Program-made: the position numbers and the translations under genes
Part shown: piece after piece, positions 44,712-54,327 of the stretch
How positions within the stretch are numbered: position 1 is the stretch's first letter
Layout of the letters: each line of letters begins with the position of its first letter
Notes under the pieces: model-generated
The model's input: only the letters and a program-made list of their open reading frames with translations
Told to the model about the DNA's origin: nothing
Database searches by the model: none
Origin: Lachnospiraceae bacterium
Lineage (GTDB): Bacteria > Bacillota_I > Bacilli_A > RFN20 > CAG-826
Assembly: GCA_963654425.1 (NCBI GenBank)
Contig: CAVKAR010000001.1
Coordinates: forward strand, 64,888-128,887
Reading direction: 5' to 3'
DNA: 64,000 bases

Positions 44712-44728
44712 TTGTGCACGATGCACAA
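44712..44728. promoter_or_regulatory. palindrome TTGTGCA-CGA-TGCACAA upstream of rbsK (candidate operator)
   Basis: The 7-bp arms are perfect. The site lies about 150 bp upstream of the rbsK ATG, in the rbsK/S10-operon divergent region. Confidence 0.35.
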
Positions 44729-44827
44729 TAATTCAATAATATTCGATGAGGACTAGGACTTTTTCGCATCAAATTTTAAATTTTGGGAAAAAATGCCGAT
44801 TCATCGAAGAAAAATGCGAAAAATGCT

Positions 44828-44856
44828 TTGACGGTCCTTACGCGCGGGGGTATAGT
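44828..44856 (+). promoter_or_regulatory. strong sigma-70-type promoter of the ribosomal superoperon
   Basis: TTGACG (44828-44833), a 17-nt spacer, then TATAGT (44851-44856). Confidence 0.7.
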
Positions 44857-45004
44857 CTCTAACGCTGGCGCTTGCGCGGAAGTGCGATGTTGCTGACACA
44901 CCCATGTACGTTGTCATCGTGTGGCAACCGCTGATGGGGGAGGTCAGGGAACTCGCATGGAGCAAGCAGCTAGAAGCCTGAAGAAAGAAATAGGAGGAAA
45001 ATTC
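44857..45004 (+). promoter_or_regulatory. ~145-nt structured 5' leader of the S10 operon (candidate r-protein autoregulatory leader)
   Basis: The helix GTTGC-tga-CACAC (44889-44901) pairs with GTGTG-GCAAC (44919-44928). The leader is GC-rich and ends in AGGAGG before the rpsJ ATG. Confidence 0.4.
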
Positions 45005-45316
45005 ATGGCGAAAGAAAAAGTCATACGCGTCCGTTTACAAGCCTATGACCATGCTCTTCTCGATCAAAGCGTCGAAAAGATCATCAATGTGGCAAAAGCC
45101 ACGGGCGCCAGTGTGAAGGGTCCAATCCCTCTTCCCACTGAGAAGCAGGTGTACACGATTCTCCGCGCTACCTTCAAGTACAAGGATAGCCGCGAGCAAT
45201 TCGAGATTCGCACCCACAAGAGATTGATCGATATCGTGAAACCCCAAAAGGAAACGGTCGAGGCGTTACGCAAATTAGACCTTCCAAGCGGAGTCGACAT
45301 CGACATCAAGTTATAA
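45005..45316 (+). CDS. rpsJ: 30S ribosomal protein S10
   Basis: [22 protein letters not shown]... The ATG at 45005 follows AGGAGG. The GTG-extended ORF from 44921 is rejected. Confidence 0.95.
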   Translation: MAKEKVIRVRLQAYDHALLDQSVEKIINVAKATGASVKGPIPLPTEKQVYTILRATFKYKDSREQFEIRTHKRLIDIVKPQKETVEALRKLDLPSGVDIDIKL

Positions 45317-45329
45317 GGAGGATCCAATC

Positions 45330-46025
45330 ATGAAAGCCATCATCGGAAGAAAAATGGGCATGACTGAGGTCTTCGCCTCTGACGGAACGATGTATCCAGT
45401 CACCGTCATCGAAGTGCTTCCAAATGTCGTCATCCGGAAGAAAACAATCGAGAAGGACGGCTATGAAGCTGTCCAAGTCGGCTACGAAGACAAAGTCGAG
45501 AAACGCTGCAACAAAGCTGAGCTCGGCGAATTCAAGAAAGCCGGCGTCAGCCCAAAAGCCCATCTATATGAGCTCAAAGGCGATGAAATCTATGCCAAAA
45601 ACGTTGGCGAGACGATTGATGCAAGCATCTTCGCAAATGGCGAAGTAGTCGACGTCATCGGCACCAGCAAAGGCCATGGTTACAGCGGTACCGTCAAGAA
45701 ATACGGTCACCACATCGGTCCGAAAGGACACGGAAGCGGCTACCACCGCGGAATCGGCTCCCTTGCCAATAACGGTCGTGACAACAACCGTGTCATCCCA
45801 GGCAAGAAGATGTCCGGACATTGGGGCAACGAAAGCGCGACGATCCTCAGCGTGACCGTCGTCGAGAGCAACGCCGACAAGAACTACATCCTTGTCAAAG
45901 GCGGTGTCCCAGGCGCCAAAAAGAGCATCGTCATGCTCCGCAGCGCCGCTCTCACGCAATTCGGAAAACCAGAAGTGAAACCGCTCGTCGATCTCACTCC
46001 TGCCACTGAAACGAAAGGAGAATAA
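45330..46025 (+). CDS. rplC: 50S ribosomal protein L3
   Basis: MKAIIGRKMGMTEVF... in the canonical operon position. It carries a C-terminal tail of about 20 aa. Confidence 0.95.
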   Translation: MKAIIGRKMGMTEVFASDGTMYPVTVIEVLPNVVIRKKTIEKDGYEAVQVGYEDKVEKRCNKAELGEFKKAGVSPKAHLYELKGDEIYAKNVGETIDASIFANGEVVDVIGTSKGHGYSGTVKKYGHHIGPKGHGSGYHRGIGSLANNGRDNNRVIPGKKMSGHWGNESATILSVTVVESNADKNYILVKGGVPGAKKSIVMLRSAALTQFGKPEVKPLVDLTPATETKGE

Positions 46026-46030
46026 CGAAT

Positions 46031-46666
46031 ATGGCAAAGAACATCGAATACCCAGTCGTTAATCTCTCTGGCGAGAAGGTCGGGACCGTCACTCTCTCTA
46101 GCGAAGTGTTCGGAATCACCGATGCCAATGAGCAAGTCGTCCATGATGCGGTCGTGACGCAAAACGCCAATGCCCGCCAAGCTACCGCCAAAACCAAGAA
46201 ACGCCACGAAGTGAGCGGCGGCGGAAAGAAACCATGGAGACAAAAAGGAACCGGGCGCGCCCGTGCGGGCAGCAGCCGTTCGCCAATCTGGGTCGGCGGC
46301 GGAAAAGTCTTCGGTCCTGACGGAAACCAAAACTACAAGCTTGCCCAAAATAAGCAAGCCCACGCCCTTGCGATGAAGACAGTCCTCTCACAGAAAGTGA
46401 ACAAAGGCCTCATCATCGTCGACAAAATGGAAACCGGCAAGGTCTCCAGCAAGGAATTCGCCCTCGCCCTCAAGGCCATCAAAGCCGAAGGCAAGAGCGT
46501 CGTGGTCGCGGAAGTTAACAGCGAGAATCTCGTCTTAAGCGCCCGCAACCTCGAGAAAGTCGTCTTAAGACCTCTTGGGAATGTCTCAGTGAGCGATGTC
46601 CTCAACTGCGACAATCTCATCGTCTCGAAAGATGCGATCGCCTACATCGAAGGAGGACTCAAGTAA
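46031..46666 (+). CDS. rplD: 50S ribosomal protein L4
   Basis: Contains ...SGGGKKPWRQKGTGRARAGS... in the canonical position. Confidence 0.95.
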   Translation: MAKNIEYPVVNLSGEKVGTVTLSSEVFGITDANEQVVHDAVVTQNANARQATAKTKKRHEVSGGGKKPWRQKGTGRARAGSSRSPIWVGGGKVFGPDGNQNYKLAQNKQAHALAMKTVLSQKVNKGLIIVDKMETGKVSSKEFALALKAIKAEGKSVVVAEVNSENLVLSARNLEKVVLRPLGNVSVSDVLNCDNLIVSKDAIAYIEGGLK

Positions 46667-47079
46667 TGGCAGAAGAAAAGAAAGTCGAAGCGGCCGTCGA
46701 AGAGAAAGCCGCCAAGAAAGCCACGAAGAAAGCCTCGGCTAAGAAAGCGGAGAAAGTCGAAGAGAAGAAAGTCGTCTTCGCCTCCCCAATCGCTCATGAC
46801 TACGAAGTCATCCTTGAGCCAGTCATCACCGAGAAGAGCATGGCCCTCATGCAAAATCAGAACAAGGTGACCCTCAAAGTCAGCGACAAAGCCAACAAAA
46901 TCGAGATCAAAGACAGCTTCCAGCGCTTATACCAAGCTGCGGTCGAAGAAATCAAGATCGTCAATGTCTTAGGCAAGAAAAAGAGCCGCGGCGGACGTTA
47001 CCAAGGCAGCGTCCCTGGCTATAAGAAGGCCGTCATCACTCTCAAGAAGGGTGCTGCGATCGACCTCTTCAAAGAGTAA
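46666..47079 (+). CDS. rplW: 50S ribosomal protein L23 with ~45-aa Lys/Ala/Glu-rich N-terminal extension
   Basis: The core begins at HDYEVILEPVITEKS. The extension is MAEEKKVEAAVEEKAAKKATKKASAKKAEKVEEKK. Confidence 0.93.
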   Translation: MAEEKKVEAAVEEKAAKKATKKASAKKAEKVEEKKVVFASPIAHDYEVILEPVITEKSMALMQNQNKVTLKVSDKANKIEIKDSFQRLYQAAVEEIKIVNVLGKKKSRGGRYQGSVPGYKKAVITLKKGAAIDLFKE

Positions 47080-47144
47080 GGAATCACCCTCGCGTATATA
47101 TAAATAAGGATTACGCGTAAAGCATCCACTATAGGAGAAAAATA

Positions 47145-47975
47145 ATGGCAATCAAAACTTATCGCCCTTATACCAAGAGCCGCCGCGCGATGACGACCCT
47201 TAGCTATGAAGGCATCACCAAAGCCACTCCTGAAAAATCGTTACTCGCCACCAAAAAGCATTCCGGTGGCCGCAACAATCAAGGAGTCATCACCTGCCGC
47301 CATATCGGCGGAGGCAACAAAAATCGCTACAGAATCATCGACTTCCGTCGCAATAAAGACGACATCGTCGCCACTGTCAAAGCGATTGAATACGACCCAA
47401 ACCGTACCGCCTTCATCGCCCTTGTCTCGTATAAGGACGGCGAAAAGCGCTATATCATCCTCCCAGCCGGGTTAAAGGTTGGGGATGAAATCGTCAGCGG
47501 CAAAGCCACTGACATCAAAGTCGGCAACAGCTTAGAGCTTGCCAATATCCCAGACGGAACCTTGGTCCACAACCTCGAGCTCCAGCCAGGGAAAGGCGGA
47601 CAGCTCTGCCGCAGCGCCGGCTCAAGCGCCCAGGTTCTCGGAAGCGATGGTAATTACGTCATCGTCCGCTTGGCCTCAGGCGAAGTCAGGAAGCTTCTCA
47701 AAAACTGCCGCGCCACTATCGGCGTGGTCGGGAATGAAGACCATAACCTCGTGAACATCGGCAAAGCCGGAAAGACCCGTCATATGGGCGTTCGCCCAAC
47801 TGTCCGCGGCTTCGCGATGAACCCATGCGATCACCCTCATGGCGGTGGTGAAGGCAAGTGCCCTGTCGGACGCGATGCCCCACGCACTCCTTGGGGAAAG
47901 AAGTGCCAAGGCGTGAAGACCCGCAAGGTCAAGAAAGCCAGCAGCCGCCTCATCGTGAGACGCAGGAATGCCTAA
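47145..47975 (+). CDS. rplB: 50S ribosomal protein L2
   Basis: [14 protein letters not shown]... and ...HPHGGGEG... Confidence 0.96.
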   Translation: MAIKTYRPYTKSRRAMTTLSYEGITKATPEKSLLATKKHSGGRNNQGVITCRHIGGGNKNRYRIIDFRRNKDDIVATVKAIEYDPNRTAFIALVSYKDGEKRYIILPAGLKVGDEIVSGKATDIKVGNSLELANIPDGTLVHNLELQPGKGGQLCRSAGSSAQVLGSDGNYVIVRLASGEVRKLLKNCRATIGVVGNEDHNLVNIGKAGKTRHMGVRPTVRGFAMNPCDHPHGGGEGKCPVGRDAPRTPWGKKCQGVKTRKVKKASSRLIVRRRNA

Positions 47976-47993
47976 TGAAAGGAGATAGACACA

Positions 47994-48284
47994 ATGTCAC
48001 GTTCTAGCAAAAAAGGACCATTCGTGGACGAATACCTTCTCAAGAAAGTTGAAGCCCTCCAAAAGTCCGGCAAGAAAGAGATCATCAAGACTTGGTCTCG
48101 CCGCTCGACGATCTATCCAGCCTTCGTTGAGCAGACCTTCGCCGTCTATAACGGCAAAGAGCACATCACCGTCTATGTCACCGAAGACATGGTCGGCCAC
48201 AAACTCGGCGAATTCGCGCCGACCCGCAACTTCCCAGGCCATCATGGTAATAACCTCAATGATCAAGCCTCGAAGGGCAAGTAA
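47994..48284 (+). CDS. rpsS: 30S ribosomal protein S19
   Basis: [19 protein letters not shown]... and ...[11 protein letters not shown]. Confidence 0.96.
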   Translation: MSRSSKKGPFVDEYLLKKVEALQKSGKKEIIKTWSRRSTIYPAFVEQTFAVYNGKEHITVYVTEDMVGHKLGEFAPTRNFPGHHGNNLNDQASKGK

Positions 48285-48299
48285 TAAGGAGTAAGCAAA

Positions 48300-48815
48300 A
48301 TGGCAGAAGAAACAAAGAAACCAGCTGCGAAGAAAGCTGCTCCAAAAGCCGCTAAAAAGGCAGCCGAGAAAAAGACTGAAAAAGTCGAAAAGGCCGCTCC
48401 AAAGGCCAAGAAAGCCGTGAAGGCCGAGAAAGTCGAAGAGAAGAAAGAGACCAAAGTCGAAGAGGTCAAAAAAACCCCTGTGACCGAAGCCGTCTGCTTC
48501 GCTCGCGATGTCAGGGTCACCCCACGCAAAGTCCGCTACGTAGCTGACTTCGTCCGCGGGATGGACGTCGATGAGGCCTTAGCTTACCTCAAGCACCTCA
48601 ATAAAGCCGCCGCGATGCCTTTATACAAAGCCATCAAGAGCGCCGCGGCCAACGCCACCAACAACTTCGGCATGGACGAAGACAAACTCTACGTCGCCGA
48701 AATCCAAGCTAGCGATGGCGTGAAGATGAAACGCTTCACCCCAAGAGCCAAAGGCAGCGCTAGCCCGATCATCAAACGCATGTCCAACATCCGCGTTGTG
48801 GTGAAAATGAAATAA
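48300..48815 (+). CDS. rplV: 50S ribosomal protein L22 with ~60-aa Lys/Ala-rich N-terminal extension
   Basis: The core begins at AVCFARDVRVTPRKVRYVADFVRG. The extension is MAEETKKPAAKKAAPKAAKKAAEKK... Confidence 0.93.
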   Translation: MAEETKKPAAKKAAPKAAKKAAEKKTEKVEKAAPKAKKAVKAEKVEEKKETKVEEVKKTPVTEAVCFARDVRVTPRKVRYVADFVRGMDVDEALAYLKHLNKAAAMPLYKAIKSAAANATNNFGMDEDKLYVAEIQASDGVKMKRFTPRAKGSASPIIKRMSNIRVVVKMK

Positions 48816-48829
48816 GGAAGGAGAAGACA

Positions 48830-49528
48830 ATGGGACAAAAAGTTAACGCCGTCGGATTACGTATCGGTATCAACCGCGGCTGGCAATCCTCTTGGTTCGC
48901 CTCCAAAAAAGAGTATGGCCCCTTCCTTTGGGAAGATATCGCCATCCGCGATTATCTCGAGCCAAAGCTCAAGGAAGCCATGTCGAGCCACATCGACATC
49001 GGCCGTGTGAAAACCGACAAAGGGCACAATGTCATCGTCACTTGCTTCGTCGCTCGCCCAGGCGTAGTGCTCGGACAAGATGGCGCGACCATCAATGCCA
49101 TTCGCAAAGAGCTTGCGAAAATCGTCAAAACCGGAACCCTTACCCTCAACGTCGTCGAAGTGAAGAACCCTGATCTCGATGCGACGCTCATCGGCAAGTG
49201 GATCGCAAGCGAGCTCGAGAATCGCCAAAGCTTCCGCAGCACCCAGAAAAAAGCGCTTCAACGCATGCGCAAAGCCGGTGCCATCGGCTGCCGCACCCAG
49301 TGCCAAGGTCGTTTAGGCGGAGCCGAAATCGCCCGCCGCGAAGGCTACAAAGAGGGCGTTGTACCTCTTGAGACGCTCCGTGCCGATATTGATTTCGCCC
49401 ATGTTGATGCCGCCACTAGCTATGGCCGTATCGGCGTGAAGGTGTGGATCTGCAGAAGCGCCAACAAAGCCGAGAAAGACGAAAAGAAAGAAGGAGGCGC
49501 AAACAATGCTTCAGCCAAAGCGCGTTAA
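48830..49528 (+). CDS. rpsC: 30S ribosomal protein S3
   Basis: [20 protein letters not shown]... Its C-terminal tail overlaps the rplP start by 23 nt. Confidence 0.95.
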   Translation: MGQKVNAVGLRIGINRGWQSSWFASKKEYGPFLWEDIAIRDYLEPKLKEAMSSHIDIGRVKTDKGHNVIVTCFVARPGVVLGQDGATINAIRKELAKIVKTGTLTLNVVEVKNPDLDATLIGKWIASELENRQSFRSTQKKALQRMRKAGAIGCRTQCQGRLGGAEIARREGYKEGVVPLETLRADIDFAHVDAATSYGRIGVKVWICRSANKAEKDEKKEGGANNASAKAR

Positions 49529-50066
49529 ATATCGCCGCCCACATGGTCTTAGATATGAAGGCCACGCCAAAGGCGGAACCAACGTTGACTTCGGGGAATA
49601 CGGTTTGCAAGCCCAAGAAGGTTGCTACCTCACCGATCGTCAAATCGAATCTGCCCGTATCGTCTTAGCGCGATACACCGATAGAGCTGGCAAAATCTGG
49701 ATCCGCGTGTTCCCGCAACTCGCGAAAACCAAAAAGCCGGCCGAAGTCCGTATGGGATCCGGCAAAGGCTCCCCAGAAGGATGGGTCGCTGTCGTCAAGA
49801 AGGGAAAAATCCTCTTCGAGATCGGCGGAATCAACCCAACCATCATGCAAGAAGCCCTCAGAATGGCCTCATATAAGCTCCCGATCGAATGCAAAGTCGT
49901 GAAGAGAACCAAGGCCTTAAGCGAGGCTGACCTCGAGAAGATGGAAGAGGCCCACGCTTCCTCAGTCGAAGCTTTGGCTGAAGAAGAAGCCGCCGAGAAA
50001 GTCACCGTGAGCGACACTGGCAATGATGAAGCGCCAGCTGCCACTGACGAAGCGAAAGGAGAATAG
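49506..50066 (+). CDS. rplP: 50S ribosomal protein L16 with ~45-aa acidic C-terminal extension
   Basis: [13 protein letters not shown]... The tail is ...[47 protein letters not shown]. Confidence 0.93.
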   Translation: MLQPKRVKYRRPHGLRYEGHAKGGTNVDFGEYGLQAQEGCYLTDRQIESARIVLARYTDRAGKIWIRVFPQLAKTKKPAEVRMGSGKGSPEGWVAVVKKGKILFEIGGINPTIMQEALRMASYKLPIECKVVKRTKALSEADLEKMEEAHASSVEALAEEEAAEKVTVSDTGNDEAPAATDEAKGE

Positions 50067-50068
50067 CG

Positions 50069-50278
50069 ATGCAAGTCAAAGATTTCCGCAAAATGGACGC
50101 GAAAGAGCTTGATGAGAAAATCGCCTCTCTCCGCGCCGAGCTCTTCGAACTCCGCCGCAAAAAGGCCGTTGGCCAATTAGAGCACGGGGAAGAAGTGCGC
50201 AACGTCCGCAAGGACATCGCCAAAGCCGAAACCGTCAAACGCGAGCGTGAGCTCCAGATCGGCAAGGCTGGCAAATAA
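50069..50278 (+). CDS. rpmC: 50S ribosomal protein L29
   Basis: [30 protein letters not shown]. Confidence 0.93.
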   Translation: MQVKDFRKMDAKELDEKIASLRAELFELRRKKAVGQLEHGEEVRNVRKDIAKAETVKRERELQIGKAGK

Positions 50279-50286
50279 AGGAGGAT

Positions 50287-50646
50287 ATGACCATGGAAAG
50301 AAATTCTAGAAGCACGTTCCAAGGCGTTGTTACCTCGAATAATAACGACAAGACGATCTGCGTCACGGTCTCTACCAAACGTAACGATCCTCTTTATAAC
50401 AAACGTGTCGGGTATAGCAAAAAATTCTATGCCCACGACGAAAAGAACGCGGCCAAGGTCGGCGACACCGTCACCATCATGGCTTGCCGTCCATACAGCA
50501 AAACCAAACGTTTCCGCTTGGTGAGCATCGATAAGCTCGCCGTTGGAAGCGCTGATGAAGCCACGATCGCCGAAGAGAAGCTCGAGGCGAGCGAGGGCAG
50601 CGCCGAGGCCATTGCCCCGAAAGCGGAAGAGAAGGAGGAAAAGTAA
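50287..50646 (+). CDS. rpsQ: 30S ribosomal protein S17 with ~35-aa acidic C-terminal extension
   Basis: [23 protein letters not shown]... The tail is ...[31 protein letters not shown]. Confidence 0.92.
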   Translation: MTMERNSRSTFQGVVTSNNNDKTICVTVSTKRNDPLYNKRVGYSKKFYAHDEKNAAKVGDTVTIMACRPYSKTKRFRLVSIDKLAVGSADEATIAEEKLEASEGSAEAIAPKAEEKEEK

Positions 50647-50649
50647 CCT

Positions 50650-51018
50650 ATGATTCAAAACGAAACGAATCTCGTGGTTGCCGATAACTCCGGTGCCAAA
50701 AGCGTTCGTGTGTTCCGTCAAAACGGCGGCGCGAGAATGAAAGTCTCCACTCTTGGCGACGTCGTCACTTGCGCAGTCAAAGACGCGATCCCGAACGGCA
50801 AAATCAAGAAAGGGCAGGTCGTCAAAGGCGTCATCGTGCGCGTCAAGCGCGCGGTCATCCGCAAAGACGGCAGCTCCATCAGCTTCGACGACAATGCGGT
50901 TGTCCTCATCGATAACGACGGCAACCCACTCGGAACCCGTGTCTTCGGGCCAGTCGCTCGTGAGCTCCGCGACGCAGGGTATATGAAAATCGTCTCCCTT
51001 GCGATCGAAGTTCTATAA
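50650..51018 (+). CDS. rplN: 50S ribosomal protein L14
   Basis: [17 protein letters not shown]... Confidence 0.96.
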   Translation: MIQNETNLVVADNSGAKSVRVFRQNGGARMKVSTLGDVVTCAVKDAIPNGKIKKGQVVKGVIVRVKRAVIRKDGSSISFDDNAVVLIDNDGNPLGTRVFGPVARELRDAGYMKIVSLAIEVL

Positions 51019-51029
51019 GGAGAGCAATC

Positions 51030-51341
51030 ATGAATATCAAAAAAGGTGATAAAGTCATCGTTCTCTCAGGTGACGACAAAGGCAAGACCGGTTTAGTCCA
51101 ACGCGTCTATCCGAAGCTCAACAAAGTCGTCGTCGAAGGCGTGAATGTGCACAAAAAGCACAAAAAACCGAATCAACAGACAACCGAAGGCAGCATTCTC
51201 GAGATTTATGTCCCGATCGATGCTTCCAAAGTCGCTCTCATCGATCCGAAAACCAAAAAAGCCACCCGTGTCCACTCCAAAGTGGTCGATGGCAAGAAAA
51301 TCCGCGTAGGAAGCTCGGGCACTAGCCTCGAGCAAAAGTAA
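51030..51341 (+). CDS. rplX: 50S ribosomal protein L24
   Basis: MNIKKGDKVIVLSGDDKGKTG... Confidence 0.95.
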   Translation: MNIKKGDKVIVLSGDDKGKTGLVQRVYPKLNKVVVEGVNVHKKHKKPNQQTTEGSILEIYVPIDASKVALIDPKTKKATRVHSKVVDGKKIRVGSSGTSLEQK

Positions 51342-51356
51342 TAGGAGGAATTAGTC

Positions 51357-52049
51357 ATGGCAGAAGAAACAAAGAAAACAGCCGCATCTAAGGCCCCTAA
51401 GAAAGCAGCCGCCCCAAAGAAAGCCGCTGCTCCGAAAGCGGAAAAAGCTACCGCTCCGAAAGCGGAAAAAGCCGTTGCCCCCAAGAAAGCAGCCGCTCCC
51501 GCCAAAGACATCAACCGTCTTGAGGCGAAATACAAAAACGAAGTCGTGCCAGCCCTCGTCAAAGAGTTCGGCTACTCGACCGTCATGCAAGCTCCGAAAT
51601 TCGAGAAAATCGTCATCAACATCGGCGTCGGCGACGCAACGCAAAACGCCAAAGCGCTTGATGATGCTCTCTCTGAGCTAGCGACTATCTCTGGCCAACA
51701 CCCAGTGAGCACCCACGCGAAGAAATCCATCGCGACCTTCAAACTCCGCAAAGGACAGGCCATTGGCTGCAAAGTCACTCTCCGCGGAAAGAGAATGTAC
51801 GAATTCTTCGATAAACTCGTGAGCATCTCTCTCCCACGCGTCCGCGACTTCCGCGGCGTGAGCAAGAATGCCTTCGACGGCCACGGCAACTACACCCTCG
51901 GCGTCAAAGAACAGCTCATCTTCCCGGAAATCGATTACGATAAGGTCAGCAAGATCCGTGGCATGGACATTGTCATCGTCACGACCGCCCATAGCGACAA
52001 AGAAGCCTACGAGCTCCTCAATCTCATGGGTATGCCGTTCCGCAAATAA
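51357..52049 (+). CDS. rplE: 50S ribosomal protein L5 with ~50-aa Lys/Ala/Pro-rich N-terminal extension
   Basis: The core begins at [21 protein letters not shown]. The extension is [50 protein letters not shown]. Confidence 0.93.
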   Translation: MAEETKKTAASKAPKKAAAPKKAAAPKAEKATAPKAEKAVAPKKAAAPAKDINRLEAKYKNEVVPALVKEFGYSTVMQAPKFEKIVINIGVGDATQNAKALDDALSELATISGQHPVSTHAKKSIATFKLRKGQAIGCKVTLRGKRMYEFFDKLVSISLPRVRDFRGVSKNAFDGHGNYTLGVKEQLIFPEIDYDKVSKIRGMDIVIVTTAHSDKEAYELLNLMGMPFRK

Positions 52050-52060
52050 GGAGTGCAAAG

Positions 52061-52246
52061 ATGGCTAAGAAAAGTTTAGTTGTGAAGGCCTCGCGCCCAC
52101 AGAAATTCAGCACCCGCGAATATACGCGCTGCAAAAGATGCGGACGTCCGCATGGCGTTATCCGCAAATTCGGGCTTTGCCGCATTTGCCTCCGCGAGCT
52201 CGCCTACAAAGGCGAAATCCCAGGCATGAAGAAAGCCTCTTGGTAA
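52061..52246 (+). CDS. rpsZ: 30S ribosomal protein S14, zinc-binding type Z
   Basis: 61 aa with the motifs CKRCGRP...CRICLRE. Confidence 0.95.
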   Translation: MAKKSLVVKASRPQKFSTREYTRCKRCGRPHGVIRKFGLCRICLRELAYKGEIPGMKKASW

Positions 52247-52264
52247 ACAAAGGAGATCACTAAC

Positions 52265-52660
52265 ATGAACGCAGATCCAATCGCCGACATGCTCACCCGT
52301 ATCCGTAACGCCAATGCGTTGCGCTATGAGAGTGTCTCCATGCCGAATAGCAAAATGAAAGAGCAAATCGCGAACATCCTCAAGAAAGAGGGCTATGTGA
52401 GCGAAGTGTCCGTTGAAGGCGAAGGTGTCAAAAAGACCCTCACCATCACCCTTAAATACGGCGCCAATGGCGAACGCGTCATCTCGGGGTTAAAGAGAAT
52501 CAGCAAACCTGGGCTCCGGGTCAATGTTGAAGCCGACAAGCTCCCAAGAGTTCTCTCGGGACTTGGCATCGCCATCATCTCGACGAGCCAAGGACTCCTC
52601 ACCGATAAAGAGGCCAGAAAAGCCAAAATCGGCGGCGAAGTTCTCTGCTACGTCTATTAA
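52265..52660 (+). CDS. rpsH: 30S ribosomal protein S8
   Basis: [14 protein letters not shown]... Confidence 0.96.
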   Translation: MNADPIADMLTRIRNANALRYESVSMPNSKMKEQIANILKKEGYVSEVSVEGEGVKKTLTITLKYGANGERVISGLKRISKPGLRVNVEADKLPRVLSGLGIAIISTSQGLLTDKEARKAKIGGEVLCYVY

Positions 52661-52674
52661 TAAGGAGAATATCA

Positions 52675-53220
52675 ATGAGTAGAATCGGATTTAAACCCGT
52701 CGCTCTTCCCGCCGGTGTGGAAGCCCACATCGAAGACGGGTATGTCATCGTGAAAGGCCCGAAAGGCGAAGTAAACGTCCACATCCCTGCGGACGTGAGC
52801 GTCTCTCTGGCCGATGGCAATTTCACCTTCAGCGCCAAAGGAGAGCCAACCCCTTCCCAAGGCACTGCCGCCGCCCTTATCACCAACGCCTGCAAAGGCG
52901 TGAGCGAAGGCTTCAAGAAAGAGCTTGAGCTCAATGGTACGGGTTATCGCGCTTCCATCGTGAACGGCAACGTCAAAATGTTCTTGGGCTATAGCCACGA
53001 CATCGTGGTCGCCCCAATCGGCAAATACACCAAGATCGTTTGCCCAGACGAAACCCATATCACCGTCGAAGGATGCGATAAGCAAGAAGTCGGACAGACC
53101 GCTGCCCTAATCTACGACAGCCACCGTCCAGACGTCTACGGCCAAAAGGGCGTCCATTACAAGGGACAGCACCTTATTAAGAAAGTCGGCAAGCGCGCTG
53201 CCGCTAGCTCGAAGAAATAA
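52675..53220 (+). CDS. rplF: 50S ribosomal protein L6
   Basis: MSRIGFKPVALPAGVEA... Confidence 0.95.
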   Translation: MSRIGFKPVALPAGVEAHIEDGYVIVKGPKGEVNVHIPADVSVSLADGNFTFSAKGEPTPSQGTAAALITNACKGVSEGFKKELELNGTGYRASIVNGNVKMFLGYSHDIVVAPIGKYTKIVCPDETHITVEGCDKQEVGQTAALIYDSHRPDVYGQKGVHYKGQHLIKKVGKRAAASSKK

Positions 53221-53234
53221 GGAGGACATAAGCA

Positions 53235-53591
53235 ATGATCGAAAAAGAATCACGCAATAGCGTCCGTGAGCGTAGACATGCTCGCGTTCGCGCGAAGGTC
53301 AAAGGCACAGCTTCTATGCCTCGCCTCGTTGTCTTCCGCAGCAACAAGAACATCGAAGCCCAAATCATCGATGACGTCAAAGGCGTCACCCTCGCTTCGA
53401 GCAGCTCGAGCGCTCTCAAGCTCGCCAATGGCGGCAATATCGAAGCCGCGAAAACGGTGGGCGCTGATCTAGCGAAGAAAGCTAAAGCCAAGAAGATCTC
53501 GAAAGTGGTCTTCGACCGTGGCGGCTATGAATATCACGGCCGCGTCGCCGCCTTAGCGGATGCCGCTAGAGAAGGAGGGCTCCTCTTCTAA
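53235..53591 (+). CDS. rplR: 50S ribosomal protein L18
   Basis: [34 protein letters not shown]... Confidence 0.95.
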   Translation: MIEKESRNSVRERRHARVRAKVKGTASMPRLVVFRSNKNIEAQIIDDVKGVTLASSSSSALKLANGGNIEAAKTVGADLAKKAKAKKISKVVFDRGGYEYHGRVAALADAAREGGLLF

Positions 53592-53604
53592 GGAGTAACG
53601 AACA

Positions 53605-54327
53605 ATGGAAGAAAACAAAGTTACCGCATCTACCGAAGCTGCAAACAAAGACAATGCGAATGCTGCCCGCCGCACGGGCAACCCGCAATATGAGCCTCAT
53701 AATTCCGTCAGCGCTTCCCGTCCTGGCGACCGCAAATACGGCGACCGCAAGGGCCGTCCGAGCGAGCGTCGCGGCGGACGCGGCGGATTCCGTCGCCCGA
53801 TTGATGATGAATACACCGATAGAGTAGTCAACATCAACCGCATCTCCCGCACTGAGCAAGGCGGAAAGCACATGCGTTTCGATGCCCTCGTCGTCGTTGG
53901 CGATGGCAAAGGAAGATATGGCTTTGCCCTTCGTAAATCCGGTGAAGTGCCCGATGCCATCAAAAAGGCGCTCACGGCTGCCAAAAAAGACATCCATCGC
54001 GTCAAGATCGTGAAAGGCACCATCGCTCACGAAGTCAAAGGCGAATTCGCCGACACCACCGTCTTCCTCAAACCAGCTCCGGCTGGCACGGGAATCGTCG
54101 CTGGCGGCGCAGTCCGGGCCATCGTCGAGCTCTGCGGCATCAAAAACGTCACGAGCAAAGTCTATGGCTCCCGCACCCCAATCAACGTCATCCGCGCCAC
54201 AAGCGCAGCCCTTCTCTCGCTCAAGGAATACGACAAAGTTATGGTTCTCCGTGGCTTAAAGACCCCAGAGGAAATCAAAGCTGCCCGTAGCCAAAAAGCG
54301 GTGGCGAAGGCGGAAGGAGACAAATAA
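53605..54327 (+). CDS. rpsE: 30S ribosomal protein S5 with ~68-aa Arg/Gly-rich N-terminal extension and short C-terminal tail
   Basis: The core begins at [30 protein letters not shown]. It is 240 aa against about 166 aa for a typical S5. Its stop overlaps the rplO ATG (TAATG). Confidence 0.93.
   Translation: MEENKVTASTEAANKDNANAARRTGNPQYEPHNSVSASRPGDRKYGDRKGRPSERRGGRGGFRRPIDDEYTDRVVNINRISRTEQGGKHMRFDALVVVGDGKGRYGFALRKSGEVPDAIKKALTAAKKDIHRVKIVKGTIAHEVKGEFADTTVFLKPAPAGTGIVAGGAVRAIVELCGIKNVTSKVYGSRTPINVIRATSAALLSLKEYDKVMVLRGLKTPEEIKAARSQKAVAKAEGDK

Noticed and set aside
47080-47144. The 65-bp gap between rplW and rplB contains a small hairpin (CGCGTA...TACGCG).
   Set aside because: The stem is only 6 bp with an AT-rich loop. 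It is most simply an intercistronic spacer containing the rplB SD, and too weak to call a regulatory element.
50002-50721. Long antisense or alternative-frame ORFs inside the ribosomal superoperon. Examples are 50002-50721 (239 aa), 54275-54874, 56084-56740, 57915-58580, 45564-46037 and 45884-46363.
   Set aside because: They are shadow ORFs opposite highly conserved r-protein, secY and adk genes in a GC-richer, codon-biased region. Their composition is low-complexity (Ala/Arg/Ser/Gly) and I see no SDs.
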